Source: the human T2T-CHM13v2.0 reference genome, Homo sapiens. Taken from it: 64,000 nucleotides of DNA. This document shows positions 1 through 14,860 of the stretch, in pieces. The stretch is taken from assembly GCF_009914755.1 (NCBI RefSeq), contig NC_060931.1. One strand, written 5' to 3'. The translations under genes and the position numbers were made by a program. Each line of letters opens with the position of its first letter. Position 1 is the first letter of the stretch. The notes beneath the pieces are model-generated. The model saw nothing but the letters and a program-made list of their open reading frames with translations, was not told the origin of the DNA and did not search any database.

Positions 1-399
1 TGTACACTTAAGCCTTGGCATAAATCCTATTTTGATATAACAGAGAACCATGGTAAGAACTCATACTCCCTGGAATAGAATAATTGGAACTCTGTGAAGT
101 GATGTGCAGGTTTTCCTTTACAGCTAAAGTCATTTACAATATGTAATATAGAGTAGGATATTACTCTCATATTTTTTAAATATGAAGAAAGATACTACAT
201 GAGTAAAAATCAGCAGGAATGTAGACTTCTCAAGAAATTCAGATAACAAAGTTATTTTATTTAAAACTATAAAATATATACTAAAATGGAAAAAATATTA
301 AAAATATAATAAACTTCAAATGCATTTGAAAAATGCCAAATAAAACTTCCACATATTATGTTGATATTTTTTCATTTAAAACTTAGGAAATAGGTTAAA

Positions 400-3355
<2,956 letters not shown>

Positions 3356-4481
3356 AGAATGGAAACCTGCCTGAGCGGGGAAAGGGTAGATCCTCTGAAC
3401 ACACCCTCACCTCTCAGTTCCTTTCCTCACCACTAGCTGCTGTTTCTCTTCTGTACTCCTTTGGGAGATGAGTGAATGAGAAGGGGTAGTTCTTACTCAC
3501 CCCACTCTCCAGGCCTCTCAGATGATTCAAACTCACCATCCTGAGGATCTTGAGCTGAACCGCAACTCCCCTGGCCCAAGACAGATGTATCTGCACTCTA
3601 GGTAGCCACTTAGGGATAATCTAGCTGTTCACTTCAAGCTTCTTTCTGACAAGATCCCTTCACTTCTATAGCTGGTCCTATTAAACAGGACCAAGAGCAC
3701 CTCAAATTGCCCTGTTGCAGGCTCAATCTCTCTTGTATTCTCTACTGTATAGTCCCCTTTTGATAGAAAACAAAGATACATCTCTGTTTTAAAAATCCTG
3801 GGAGTGCTATAAATAATGCGGCAGCACTCTCCAATATCAAAGAAGTCTGAAAGCCCTCCTCTAGTTCTCTAGGTTTCTTTGTTTGGACTCAGACCCCAGT
3901 CTACCATCCTGGTCAAGGTTCAGGCAACAATCCTCGTTGTCCCCCAAACACAGGGAACATTTCCAAGCTCACCAGGAATACTCCCTTGAAGCTCCTTTCA
4001 CTAGGCATTTGGTCAGAAAATAACACAACCTACCCACCCCAACCCCAAAGCATAGCAATGGCTCTCTCCAAAAAAAACCTACCTTACTAACCTCTTCAAA
4101 TCTCTCCTAGCCCTTCTTATATGTTTTATCTTGCTAAGTGACCCATGAGCCAAGAAATAGGTCCTATTTTACTTGGTTTGTAAATTCTTTATGAGGGAGA
4201 GAGAGATTGACTCTCATTGACTCTGGTATCCTGATATCTCACCTATTGGAGCCTCAGTCAAAAATAAGGCAGGGTGATAGCACCCTCCAGAAGGGCTAAA
4301 ATGAAAAAGACAGAAGCGTCCAATGTTGGAGTGGATGACAGCAATTAAAACTCTGATACTCTTTCATAGGAGTTTAAAATGGTACAACCTCTAAAAAACC
4401 ATCTGGCAGGATTTGCTAAAGCTGAATTACGTATATCCTATGAACCAGCAATTCCACTGCTAGGTTTACACCCTGAGAGAA

Positions 4482-4482
<1 letters not shown>

Positions 4483-4540
<58 letters not shown>
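4483..4540. repeat. (TG)n microsatellite, about 29 units
   Basis: Direct read. Confidence 0.97.
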
Positions 4541-4541
<1 letters not shown>

Positions 4542-5141
4542 ATGTGTGTATATATACATATACACAAGTAGTACTACTACAAACATCTTTTGGTGAATAT
4601 ATATACATATACACATATTTGCCAAAAACTAGTTGGGGGGGCAGGGAGGAGGGGTGGGAAGGACCAAATCCACAGTAAAATGGATACATAAGTTATGGCA
4701 CATCCATGCAATGGCATACAAAGGGCAACTACTCACAACAGCAAGGATCGGTCTCATGACATAATATTGAATTTTGAAAAACAAACAAAAAATTATATTC
4801 TGCATAATTCTGCCTATATAAAATTTTTAAATAGACAAAACAACCCCAATTATTCTATTTAGAATATGGGATACTTAGCACCTTTTTTTCCAAGTAATGG
4901 CCCTAGTGACAATTCAGAACGATAAAAGAGATCACCCTCAACATACTGCTATAAAAAGACATGAAAATCAAATATTATTGCCTGGAGATAGCCTCCTCTT
5001 TGACATATTACCTTATACAGCTAAGTTTATTTTCTTAAATTAATATCATTTTGCTTTTATTACTGAAGAACAGACTACCTCGAGGAAAAGTTAAGTTTCA
5101 TATTATGAATTATAGCTCAAAGTATACAATTATCATTATGA

Positions 5142-5158
5142 GCCACAAGAGGGCAGCA
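5142..5158 (+). promoter_or_regulatory. CTCF motif
   Basis: GCCACAAGAGGGCAGCA matches CCACNAGRKGGCRS in an AT-rich context. Confidence 0.6.
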
Positions 5159-7460
5159 GCTCCAAGGAATGGAGTTATGAATATGAAATGAAGAAAATTA
5201 CAGAAGAGCAATATAAATTATTGAGCTTGTAAACCACAGATTTTTTAACAGAACTTAAAAATTATTATTCCAAGGCTTTTAATTTGGAATTTTAGAACTA
5301 GAAAAACCCGAAAGATGTCTCTTTTATATAAGAAACTTCATGGATTTCATTTTCCTCCATATATAAATCATATGTGGACTTATATAAAATATATCTGTTC
5401 TACTTTAGTATGAAAATTCTGTATAAAATCATTTGCCATAGAACAATAGCTCGCATATGTATAGGTCCTTGTACTTTTTGAAATACTTTCATAAATGTAA
5501 TATTTTATACTTTTTACTCTATTAAGCCCTCTGAAGTAGACAGGCCAAAAATTATTAATTCCTTTTGATAGATGAAGAAATCGAGGTTTAGGATAAGTGA
5601 GAAACTTGTCCTAATTAACACCACTAATAAGTAGAACAGGCAGAAGCTCATTCAACATATTTTCTATTATTTTGCACAGTTGTCTGTTAACCACACAAAG
5701 ATAACAATGGTATCCTTTAGTCACATAAGAATTTAGAATATTATTTTAACAGAGCTCTGCTCTAACAGAATGTTAGTTTTAAACTTGTCAATAAGACCTT
5801 TCATAGATACCTGGCTAACGATGTTCTCTATTGAAGTACTGACACTTAATAATCTTTGTTATCATCTGACAGAAAAAATGGAAGTAGAAGTGAAGTTTAA
5901 AGTAAAATAAGCAGTATTTCCAGAGGACAATGATTAGGATAAAATGGAAAACAGACACACAATTCTAGGGAGCAGGCTTAACAGTTACCTCAAATACTAC
6001 CATAGTAGTTGTAAATATTTACCATAAGCTATAAATATTCCTAAAGCCACTCAATTTTTACGTTACCAGGAAAATGAATTTATTAATATTGTTTATTAGC
6101 CCTAATGTTTAATTATATTATTTTTGGTAAATAGCATATTATCTTATAGCTATAAAAAGACTCAATATCTGATGCTTAAAAATGTAGCCAATTAGAAAGG
6201 AAACTGCAACTTGAGGAACAGAACATATAACATCCACAAAAAAAATAGTATGTAATGAAACAAACAAATGGAAGAAAATTTGCTTAGTGTTATAAATAAT
6301 CAGAGAGAGGTCAAAAATTTATTTCCTTGGACTAAAATATCCCATTCAACTACAAAAGCCAATTGAGGCTATTTCTAGGTTTTAAATTTTTCTGTGTCTT
6401 CATAAGGGTCTAATTTCTCCACTCTCAGATATCTGGTGTATTAAGTAACTCTTCTGCTCCAGTTATTTCCACCTTACCAGGTACTGCTGGCAAAGCAGAA
6501 GCTAGAGACAGTTGCATTAGTATAACCCTGGATTTCTTCCTTTCATTCATTCATTCATTCATTTTATGAACATTTGTTGGGCATATGAGCTAAGCACAGT
6601 AAAAGGCAGCTCATCAAAAAATAAATGAATTATTCCCTCATGGCAGAAATAAATGTTAAACAAAAGATGTATTATTACTAAAGAAATAACTGAGACTGAA
6701 AAAAAGATGTAGTATTACCAACTGTGGTGATAAAAATGAAAAGTTTCAGGTGCAATGAGGACCATAAGATGACAAAAGAATATCCAACTTATGTTGTCAT
6801 TCACAAAAACCTTTAAGCAGGTGACATTTAACCTGAGATCCAAAGGTGGGCAATGGAGAAACACCTCCAAGAAGGGGAATCGTGTATCTACTGCCTGGGT
6901 AAAGAGTGCCTGGCTTGTTCAAATAACTGAAACTTTTAATTTATCCATGACTAGCACACACACTGTAGAAGAAATAAGGTATAAAAGTCAAGGTGTAGAG
7001 AATATACATTTATATAGTATTATTAATAAGGGGGAATTTTAAAAATATTGCCAAGCCCCTTCTCTAAAGAGCAAAATCAGACAGGATGCTGGATTGAGGG
7101 ATTAAAGAACAGCTCAACTCTGAGTTCAAAATTCCCAAACCACAAGAAAACTAGATTACACAGTACTTTCTCTCTTTATCTCACATGAATGAGGATCAAA
7201 TGAAATAATATACTAAAACTGCATAATTCACAAAGCAGTATGTACATTTTAATTGTTAATATAAAAGCATTTCTAATTTCATTTCAGCCTTAATTCTTAT
7301 TCCAAATATAAAGTGGTATTCATCTTTCAAAATTCTCTACTGCAAATTTCCAAGACATCTCCCTAAAATAATAACACCTTCCTTTTGTCTGCAGTAAATC
7401 TGTTTTTCCTATTAATGAAGAATTTAAAAATATTTTTTGCAAAGCCTGTGTCCAACTTAC

Positions 7461-7671
7461 ATTCTAATGCATTATAAAGAAATTCAAAATCTTCATTTGT
7501 TTTAGGATTATGCCTCCGGTGATAGTCCAATTTTATCCATTCTTCTTTTTCTCTTATCTTCCTTAGTTCTTGCTGTGTTTCCCATTCCAGTCTTAAGCTT
7601 TTCTGTCTTCTTAAATTCTCTACGAAGATTTTAGCATGCCATTGCCTGTAGTAAGTCTGTATCACTATCAC
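7461..7671 (-). CDS. IQUB: IQUB exon 7 with IQ calmodulin-binding motif ([14 protein letters not shown]...)
   Basis: ctatag| acceptor, AAT|gtaagt donor, 211 nt; ORF 7363-7671 contains an IQxxxRxxxAK motif. Confidence 0.95.
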
Positions 7672-9874
7672 CTATAGTTAAATTAAAAGGAAATAGAAAG
7701 TGCCTATCATCAACTTTTTGATCAGACAATAAAGGCAATGATGATTATTTCAATTCCAATTCCACAACAAAATAACTGAGTCTAGTTTTAGCTCCAAATA
7801 CATATTTTCACAAACACTAACATAAAAAACATGTATAATGCATGTGACTGCTATTTGACTTTGACATCTCGCAAATATACCTTCCCAGAAGGATGTTTGT
7901 ACGATCCTTAACAGAATAGACTCTGGAGTAAAACTTAGTTTGAATCTTCCTTCTGCTACTCACTAGTTGTTTGATTGGATAAGTTACTTGCCATCTCTAT
8001 GCTTTAGTACCCTCATGTGTAAAACAGTGATAATAAGAGTATACATATAAAGTGCTTAACCCAAGCCTGGTACATCATGAGTCCTCAATAAATACTATTA
8101 TTGTCATACATATTAATTATCTCCATCTTATCTTAAATGCCACTAGCTTAGGCTCATGTTTATAACAAAACTGTGTTTTCCTAAATACACATCAGGTAGG
8201 TATGTGTGGAAACCACCAAAGGCAGGTTAGATAAAATGGAGACTGAAGCAAACAAATATTTATTAACTTGTATGAAACATGAATATGTTTGAAAGTACAC
8301 CATAGTACTAAACCCTCAAAAAGTTTATGATATAGCTGAGAGAGTTTATCATTTTTTTCTGAGAGTTTATAATTTTATTTATTAAACTCATAAATAAAAA
8401 TAAAATGTGAAGAGGCCGGATCAAGACTGATGATAGAGCTTATGCTGATGCATCCCTTACTCTCATCCTAATGCCTAATAATTGTAGAAAAACTATGTAA
8501 AGCAGATATCGACAAAGATACTAGATCAAACTGAAGGGGTCCCCCAAAAGAATAGAAACTTTGAAGAATCCCTTCAACAAAAGAGGCCAGTAGAATTAAT
8601 TGAAGAAAGAGTCTGTAACCTAATCATGCACTGGAGAAGCAAGTCAGAAAAAACAAGGGGCTCTAGGACTGCTCTAAGCCCAAAACTGATGGATGGTCTG
8701 AGCAGAGTGGCCACTAACCAGGTGACTTTAAAAACTGCAAAAGGGATAGGTTCCTCTAAAATAATTAGGCAAGGAGCAACAGAGATATTTGTCCCTAGGC
8801 AAGAGTGGTGAGTGTCCCAGAAGGTGACACCCAGGATGAAAAAAAAAAAGCCCCCTATCCAGAAAACTAGGTTTCTCCCATAATCAAGCTTTACATTTCC
8901 CCTAAAATCATGGGGTCAGACTGGGTGAACCAATATGCTATTGGCACACTGGACATTAAGAATCTCAAACACATCAGCGGCATCTAGAAAACTATTAGCA
9001 ATGCAAATTTTCAGGCCCCACCCCAGAGCTATTGATCAGAAACTCCTGGGTAAGCACAGCATTCTATATATTCATGAGCCCTCCAGATGATGCTTATAGT
9101 AAAGTTTTAGAACTACTAGAGTAAATCAAAACAAAACAAAATACAAGAGCAGACTAGATATAGTTAATATTTTCACAGAGAAAGGAAAGGCTATCAGTAT
9201 AAAATAATATAATGAACCAAGAAAAAAGACTGGCAAAAATTTTATTTTTGAAATTTAAAAAATTAATAGAATATGGATTAGCCTGAGTGCTATTAAACTT
9301 GTTCAACTTATTTAAAACACCAAAACACAGTTGTTTAAACAACACAGAAGTTTTTTCCCTTTCACATGACAATCCAGGGATTAGCAAAGCAGTTTAGGGC
9401 TCGTAGGAAAGCTCTGTCATATTTAACAAATGGCTTCCTACTTATATGTCCCAGATGGCTGGTCCACTTACCATCTTCCAACCAGTAAATAGAGGGAAAA
9501 GGAACAAAGAGCATTTTAAGAATGATAACTGTAAGTGGCTCACATTGTCCCTCACATCTCGCTGTCCAGATCTTAGTTATATGGCCTCACTGATACACAA
9601 GGGAAGTGATGAAATGTGGTCATCAGTGGAACAGCCACATGCTCAGATAAAGCTTTATTACAATAGGAGAAGGGAAAAAATGGGTATTGACAGAGAACTA
9701 GTAGTTTCTTGTAAGCTGATCTGCAGAATGTGTAGAACATAAGAAGTAATAAGTAGGTAAGAAAATTAGGTGAGAAAATCTTTTAGCATGCAGGACAAAG
9801 GCTCATAAAAATTTAAATGAATGAATGAAAAATAAGAGACACAAAAGATAAATCCCAGCATTCCAAAATGTTTC

Positions 9875-10174
9875 CTTTTTTTCTTTTTTTCTTTTTAGGC
9901 GAAGTCTCACTGTCACCCAGGCTAGAGTGCAGTGGTGTGATCTCAGCTCACTGCAGCCTCCGCCTCCTGGGTTCAAGTGATTCTCATGCTTCCCCTCCTG
10001 AGCAGTTGGGACCACAGGCACGTGCCACTATGCCTAGCTAATTCTTGTATTTTTAGTAGAGACAGGGTTTCACCAAGTTGCCGAGCTTGGTCTCCAACTC
10101 CTGGCCTCGAGTGATCTGCCCACTTCAGCCTCCCAAAGTACTGGGATTACAAGCATGTGCCTCAGCATCTGGCC
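9875..10174 (-). mobile_element. Alu
   Basis: Reverse Alu consensus with T tail. Confidence 0.93.
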
Positions 10175-10517
10175 TCATCCCAAAATATTTCTGAGATAAG
10201 TTCCAGATAAAATAAGGAAAGTTGATTACAGAAATTCATAAAAACATAATAGAGGTATATTTCCCACAGCAAGACATGGACTCTCGGAAAGGGTACATCA
10301 CCAAGTCTCAAGCATATTACAATAAGATTACCAAATACCAAGGATAAAGTGAAAATCCTGACAGCTTCTAGAAAGAGGAAACAAAGAAAGGAGGGGGCAG
10401 AAAATGAAGAAAAGCCTAGTAAGGTTCTTGACTTATTCATGGAAACGATATATAGGCTGATTAGATATGCACTTGGTATAAAAAAATTAGTTATGTTAAA
10501 AAATGTGTATGAGTAAC

Positions 10518-11077
10518 TGTCAGAGGCGTGTGAACCAGAGCAACTCCATCTTGAATAGGAGCTGGGTGAAATGCGGCTGAAACTTACTGGGCTGCATTCC
10601 CAGACAGCTAGGCATTGTAAGCCACAGGATAAGATAAGAGGTCAGTACAAGATACAAGTCATAAAGACCTTGCTAATAAAACAGGTTGCAGTAAAGAAGC
10701 CAGCTAAATCCCACCAAAACCAACATGGCGACAAGAGCGACCTCTGGTCATCCTCACTGCTACACTCCCACCAGCGCCAAGACAGTTTACAAATGCCATG
10801 GCAATATCAGGAAGTTACCCTATATGGTCTAAAAAGGGGAGGCATGAATAATCCACCCCTTGTTTAGCATATCATCAAGAAATAACCATAAAAATGGGCA
10901 ACCAGCACCAGGCAACCCTCAGGTCTGCTCTGTCTGTGGAGTAGCCATTCTTTTGTTCCTTTACTTTCTTAATAAACTTGCTTTTACTTTATTCTATGGA
11001 CTTGCCCTGAATTAGTTCTTGTGGGAGATCCAAGAACCCTCTCTTGGGGTCTGGATCGGGACCACTTTTCTGTAACA
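10518..11077 (+). mobile_element. MER41 solo LTR (MER41A-like)
   Basis: TGTCAGAGGCG...TGTAACA termini, 560 bp, 4-bp TSD TAAC. Confidence 0.88.
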
Positions 11078-12112
11078 TAACCACTAGAAAAAACAAAATA
11101 CTTATTTCTGAACTATGAAAGAACAAAAAAAGAAACATTTATTCAAACCAACAAAAAGAAAAGGCTAAAAAAAGCATAAACAAATAAGAATAATTAGTAA
11201 ATAAAACAAAATGAAATAGCAAGAATGAGTCCAAAAATATCAGTAGTCACGCAAAATATCATCTTTCTTGAAACAAGAAAGATTTAAAATAGTAAGCAGT
11301 GAACTCAAAACCTATTAAAAAAATAAAATAAACATGACCCAAGTAGAAAGGAATCAAGGTTAAAAGAACTTATTAAACGGAAATGTACTCCCTATACCGG
11401 CTTTTAACAAATTCCTCTGTTAACAGGTCACACCTCACTTCCACCTCCCACAGAACCTCCAATTCACCTTTCAAGACTCTATGGGGCAAATCTATTTGGT
11501 TCTTGATGCCATCCTCGTTGGCAGCATTTAGATTTTCACTTCCTCTGCTCTACTAAGTCAAGTTAACACTTTTCCATCTGCTTTAAAACTTCAAAAAAAA
11601 AACACAACTCACATTTACTCTTCTCATGTATTCTTTGTCCTTGTATATTTATACTTTTATTCTTTCAATATCATTTTTTGGAGTTTGGAAAATGACAGAA
11701 ATTTCCATTTCCTTACTTAATATCCATTTTGCCCTACTTTCTCTTACTAAGATTGCAATCTCATTGAGGAGCAATGATATGCTACTTTAAAAATTCATTT
11801 ATCACACACTTTTGCAGTAGGGATAGTCACATGACATAGTTCAAGCCAATGGGATGCAAGTAGAAGTCACTGGGTGGGGCTTTCCGGGGAAATCCTTGAA
11901 GGTGGCATTCATGGAACATGCTGCCTTGACTTTTCCCTTCTTCTCACATGGAATGCAGGCATGATGAAAGTTAGTCAACCATTTTATCTTCATACAGTAA
12001 CAAGCTCATGATGAGCTTAATGGAGTAGAAAGATGAAAGGAGTTTATGATTCTGATGACATCATAGAGTCACCACCCATGCCCAGTATAGTAAGAAAGTA
12101 AAAATTAATTAA

Positions 12113-12820
12113 GACTGAGAAAGTAAAAAATTGTCAGGCTGGAATAACAGGCACTAATCAGGTCAGCTACAAAATTAACAAAAACAGTATTTCTCCCAAG
12201 GACACTCTACAACTATAAAATATTTCAACAATCCCCTTCTTTTAGTGACTGCTATCTTCTTACTCACTGAGAAACTTCGTTCTCTAAATTCAGAAACTAT
12301 CAGAAACTTTCCTGTCTGAAATTAGATCAGTAAGAAACAAACATTCCACTCTTGCCTAGAGGTTGCACGTCACTTTGACAGAGAGAAGCAGCCTCAATTA
12401 TACAACCAAGGTGCTGAACTTCAGAGAACTTCTAAGAAACATTTCCCATCTCTTTTAACTTTGTTTCCAAAGGAACGTGACCTTGGTCTACTTCACAGTC
12501 CAGACCTAATGTTGGCCCATTTATACACACCCTTGTTTTGCATTGAGACAATCAGAATACTGCTTCCCCTAAATCCCACTCAAACTTCACTCTTCCCCAA
12601 ATTATATAATAACTCCATATATTCCTTTATTTGGTGAAATTTAGTTTGGACTGAAAAAGTAAAAAATTATCAGGCTGGAATAACTGGCACTGATAAAGCC
12701 TGCTATAAAGTTAACCCCATGGTTCCCCTGGTATACTGTCTCCTTCAGGGCAATTAAGTCAACAGACTTAACTTTTTTTCACTACAAGTTTGTCTCTAAA
12801 GGTCTTGGGCTGAATAGCCT
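12113..12820 (+). mobile_element. ERV1-type solo LTR (family uncertain)
   Basis: LTR-like composition and 3' end, nested in an MLT1-like fragment. Confidence 0.5.
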
Positions 12821-13361
12821 AGCTCCAGATTTCTTGTCATTTGAAAAGCAAAATCTCTTAAAGTCACTGCTTTCAGGTCATTTTTACTCACAGTAAATTG
12901 ATGGTAGGAGGTAGATCAAATAGGTTGAAAGTAAAAGAATGAAAAATGAGAGACTATGCAAAAAAATAAAACAGAGTTGGAGCGGCTATGTTAATATCAG
13001 AGAAAATCGACTACTGTCCTATTTGGTTTCAATTAGTCTCGAAAGTTCCCTTGGTGATTCTACTGTGACAAGATTTAAGGCCAAGGGACAGCAGTGTTGA
13101 GAAGGCTAATAATGGCCAAAGGCAATACACAAAGAAGCTGGGTTTCCCTAAGAGAAAAGGAAGGATTAGGAGCATTTAGGATGCTGGTTCTTTACATGGG
13201 GGAATACTGGAGATAAAGACTGCTTTGTTAGCAGTGAAATATGACCCATACTCATGAGCATTCTTTCTCAAGCAAATGTGGCTTGGAGAAAGAGACACAC
13301 TCGGAACAACTGGCTTATATATCAAATTTTTAGTATTCATCCACAATAAAAGTTATCTCAC

Positions 13362-13517
13362 CGCCTTTAGTCTTTGAGCATGGTATTCTGCTGCTGAAAA
13401 ATACTTTCCTGGTGTTACCAGTTTATCAGTCATATTTGATACATATACACCAATGTTAGTCATCTGTGTGGATGTTGTATTTGTAGTTTGTTGGAGATTT
13501 TTTTTCTGAAAAACTGT
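13362..13517 (-). CDS. IQUB: IQUB exon 6 ([23 protein letters not shown]...EYHAQRLKA)
   Basis: cttttag| acceptor, GCG|gtgaga donor, 156 nt, phase 0-0. Confidence 0.95.
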
Positions 13518-13708
13518 CTAAAAGAAAACATTAAAAATTTAAATCAGTATCCCCTATATATATACATAAGGGAGTTTTTCTACATATGTGAGTTCATTTT
13601 CTTTTATTAATTGCCATATAATTACTTAAGAGAAATTTGAGAGAGTCATACAGTACAATTATTGAGTCTATACCTTCAAAAACCTAAAGAGACAAATAAA
13701 AACATTAC

Positions 13709-13881
13709 CTGCGTATCCCTACAAAATATACTGAGTCTTTCGGGAATCCTTTTAGGTACAGTTTGTGTTCCAGCATTGTGATACTCTACTCCTGTTACTT
13801 TATGTCTGAATCCACCAAGAAATGGTTTGTGAAAGTCAGATTTGACAATCTCAACAGGTACCTGCTGGTATTGATCAAGTC
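13709..13881 (-). CDS. IQUB: IQUB exon 5 ([58 protein letters not shown])
   Basis: ctctcag| acceptor, CAG|gtaatg donor, 173 nt, phase 1-0. Confidence 0.95.
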
Positions 13882-13966
13882 CTGAGAGATAACACCAAGA
13901 TTCAATGAAAGCTCAACCAAGAAGGGACTCAAAAATACTTTATCTAAAAGACATCAAATAACGAAC

Positions 13967-14128
13967 CAGTTTGGACAGTGACAGTTATGATTTGAGAGAC
14001 ATCAGTTAATCCATCTATTCTTCTGACTGGATACAGATCTGGATTTGTAGAAAAGATTTCCACTTGTACAATTTCCTGTGGCTTAACTCCATGTTGTACT
14101 AGAGTCTCATTATTTTTAAGAATTTTTC
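13967..14128 (-). CDS. IQUB: IQUB exon 4 ([27 protein letters not shown]...; ubiquitin-like domain, second half)
   Basis: tttttag| acceptor, CTG|gttcgt donor, 162 nt, in frame; Ub-like GK.L...TL..GV pattern. Confidence 0.95.
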
Positions 14129-14860
14129 CTAAAAATTGAAATAAAATTTTTAAAAGTTTTATGACAAAGAAATGGCTATTCATTGATCTTATTTTTTGTT
14201 TTTAATTGACAAATAAAAATTGTATATATTGTGTACAACATGCTTTGAACTATGTATACATTGTGAAGTAGCTTAATACAGCTATTAACATGTCCATTAC
14301 CTCATATACTTATCATTTTGTGGTAAGAACACTTAATATCTATTTTCTTAGCAATTTTCAAATATGTAATATATTATTATTAACTATAGTCACCATTTCT
14401 AGAAATGGCTAATTACACATTCTCATTTTAAGGAGATGGAAAATATCAAAGGTGAACTTTGAAACTTTGAACACATATCATTTAATTATTAAATATACTA
14501 TTAATATATTTACTCATAGGAACACATATCGTTTAATTATTAAATATAGTATTAATAGTTTCTACCTCTTGCTCTGATGTTAGTACAAAAAACTCCATAA
14601 TAGGAAGAGTTTTAGTGGCATTCTTGAGAAGGAATTCGGCATTATAAATAACACTACATTACTCTCAGTTCATCAGGAATATAAATACATAACAACCATG
14701 AAACTCCATAAACATTTAAAAAATAAAGACATTCTATGGTATGAGCAGAATAATATGCTAAACATTCATTCTATTAAAAAAACGCAATGTGTTAACTGTA
14801 AGTACAGGACATACCCATATCAAGAGGAAGGATAATTATTTTAATAGCCATCCTACCCCC

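Noticed and set aside
10518-11077. MER41 as an interferon-gamma/STAT1 enhancer
   Set aside because: Length and sequence fit MER41A, and I see no tandem TTCNNNGAA GAS motifs of the MER41B type.
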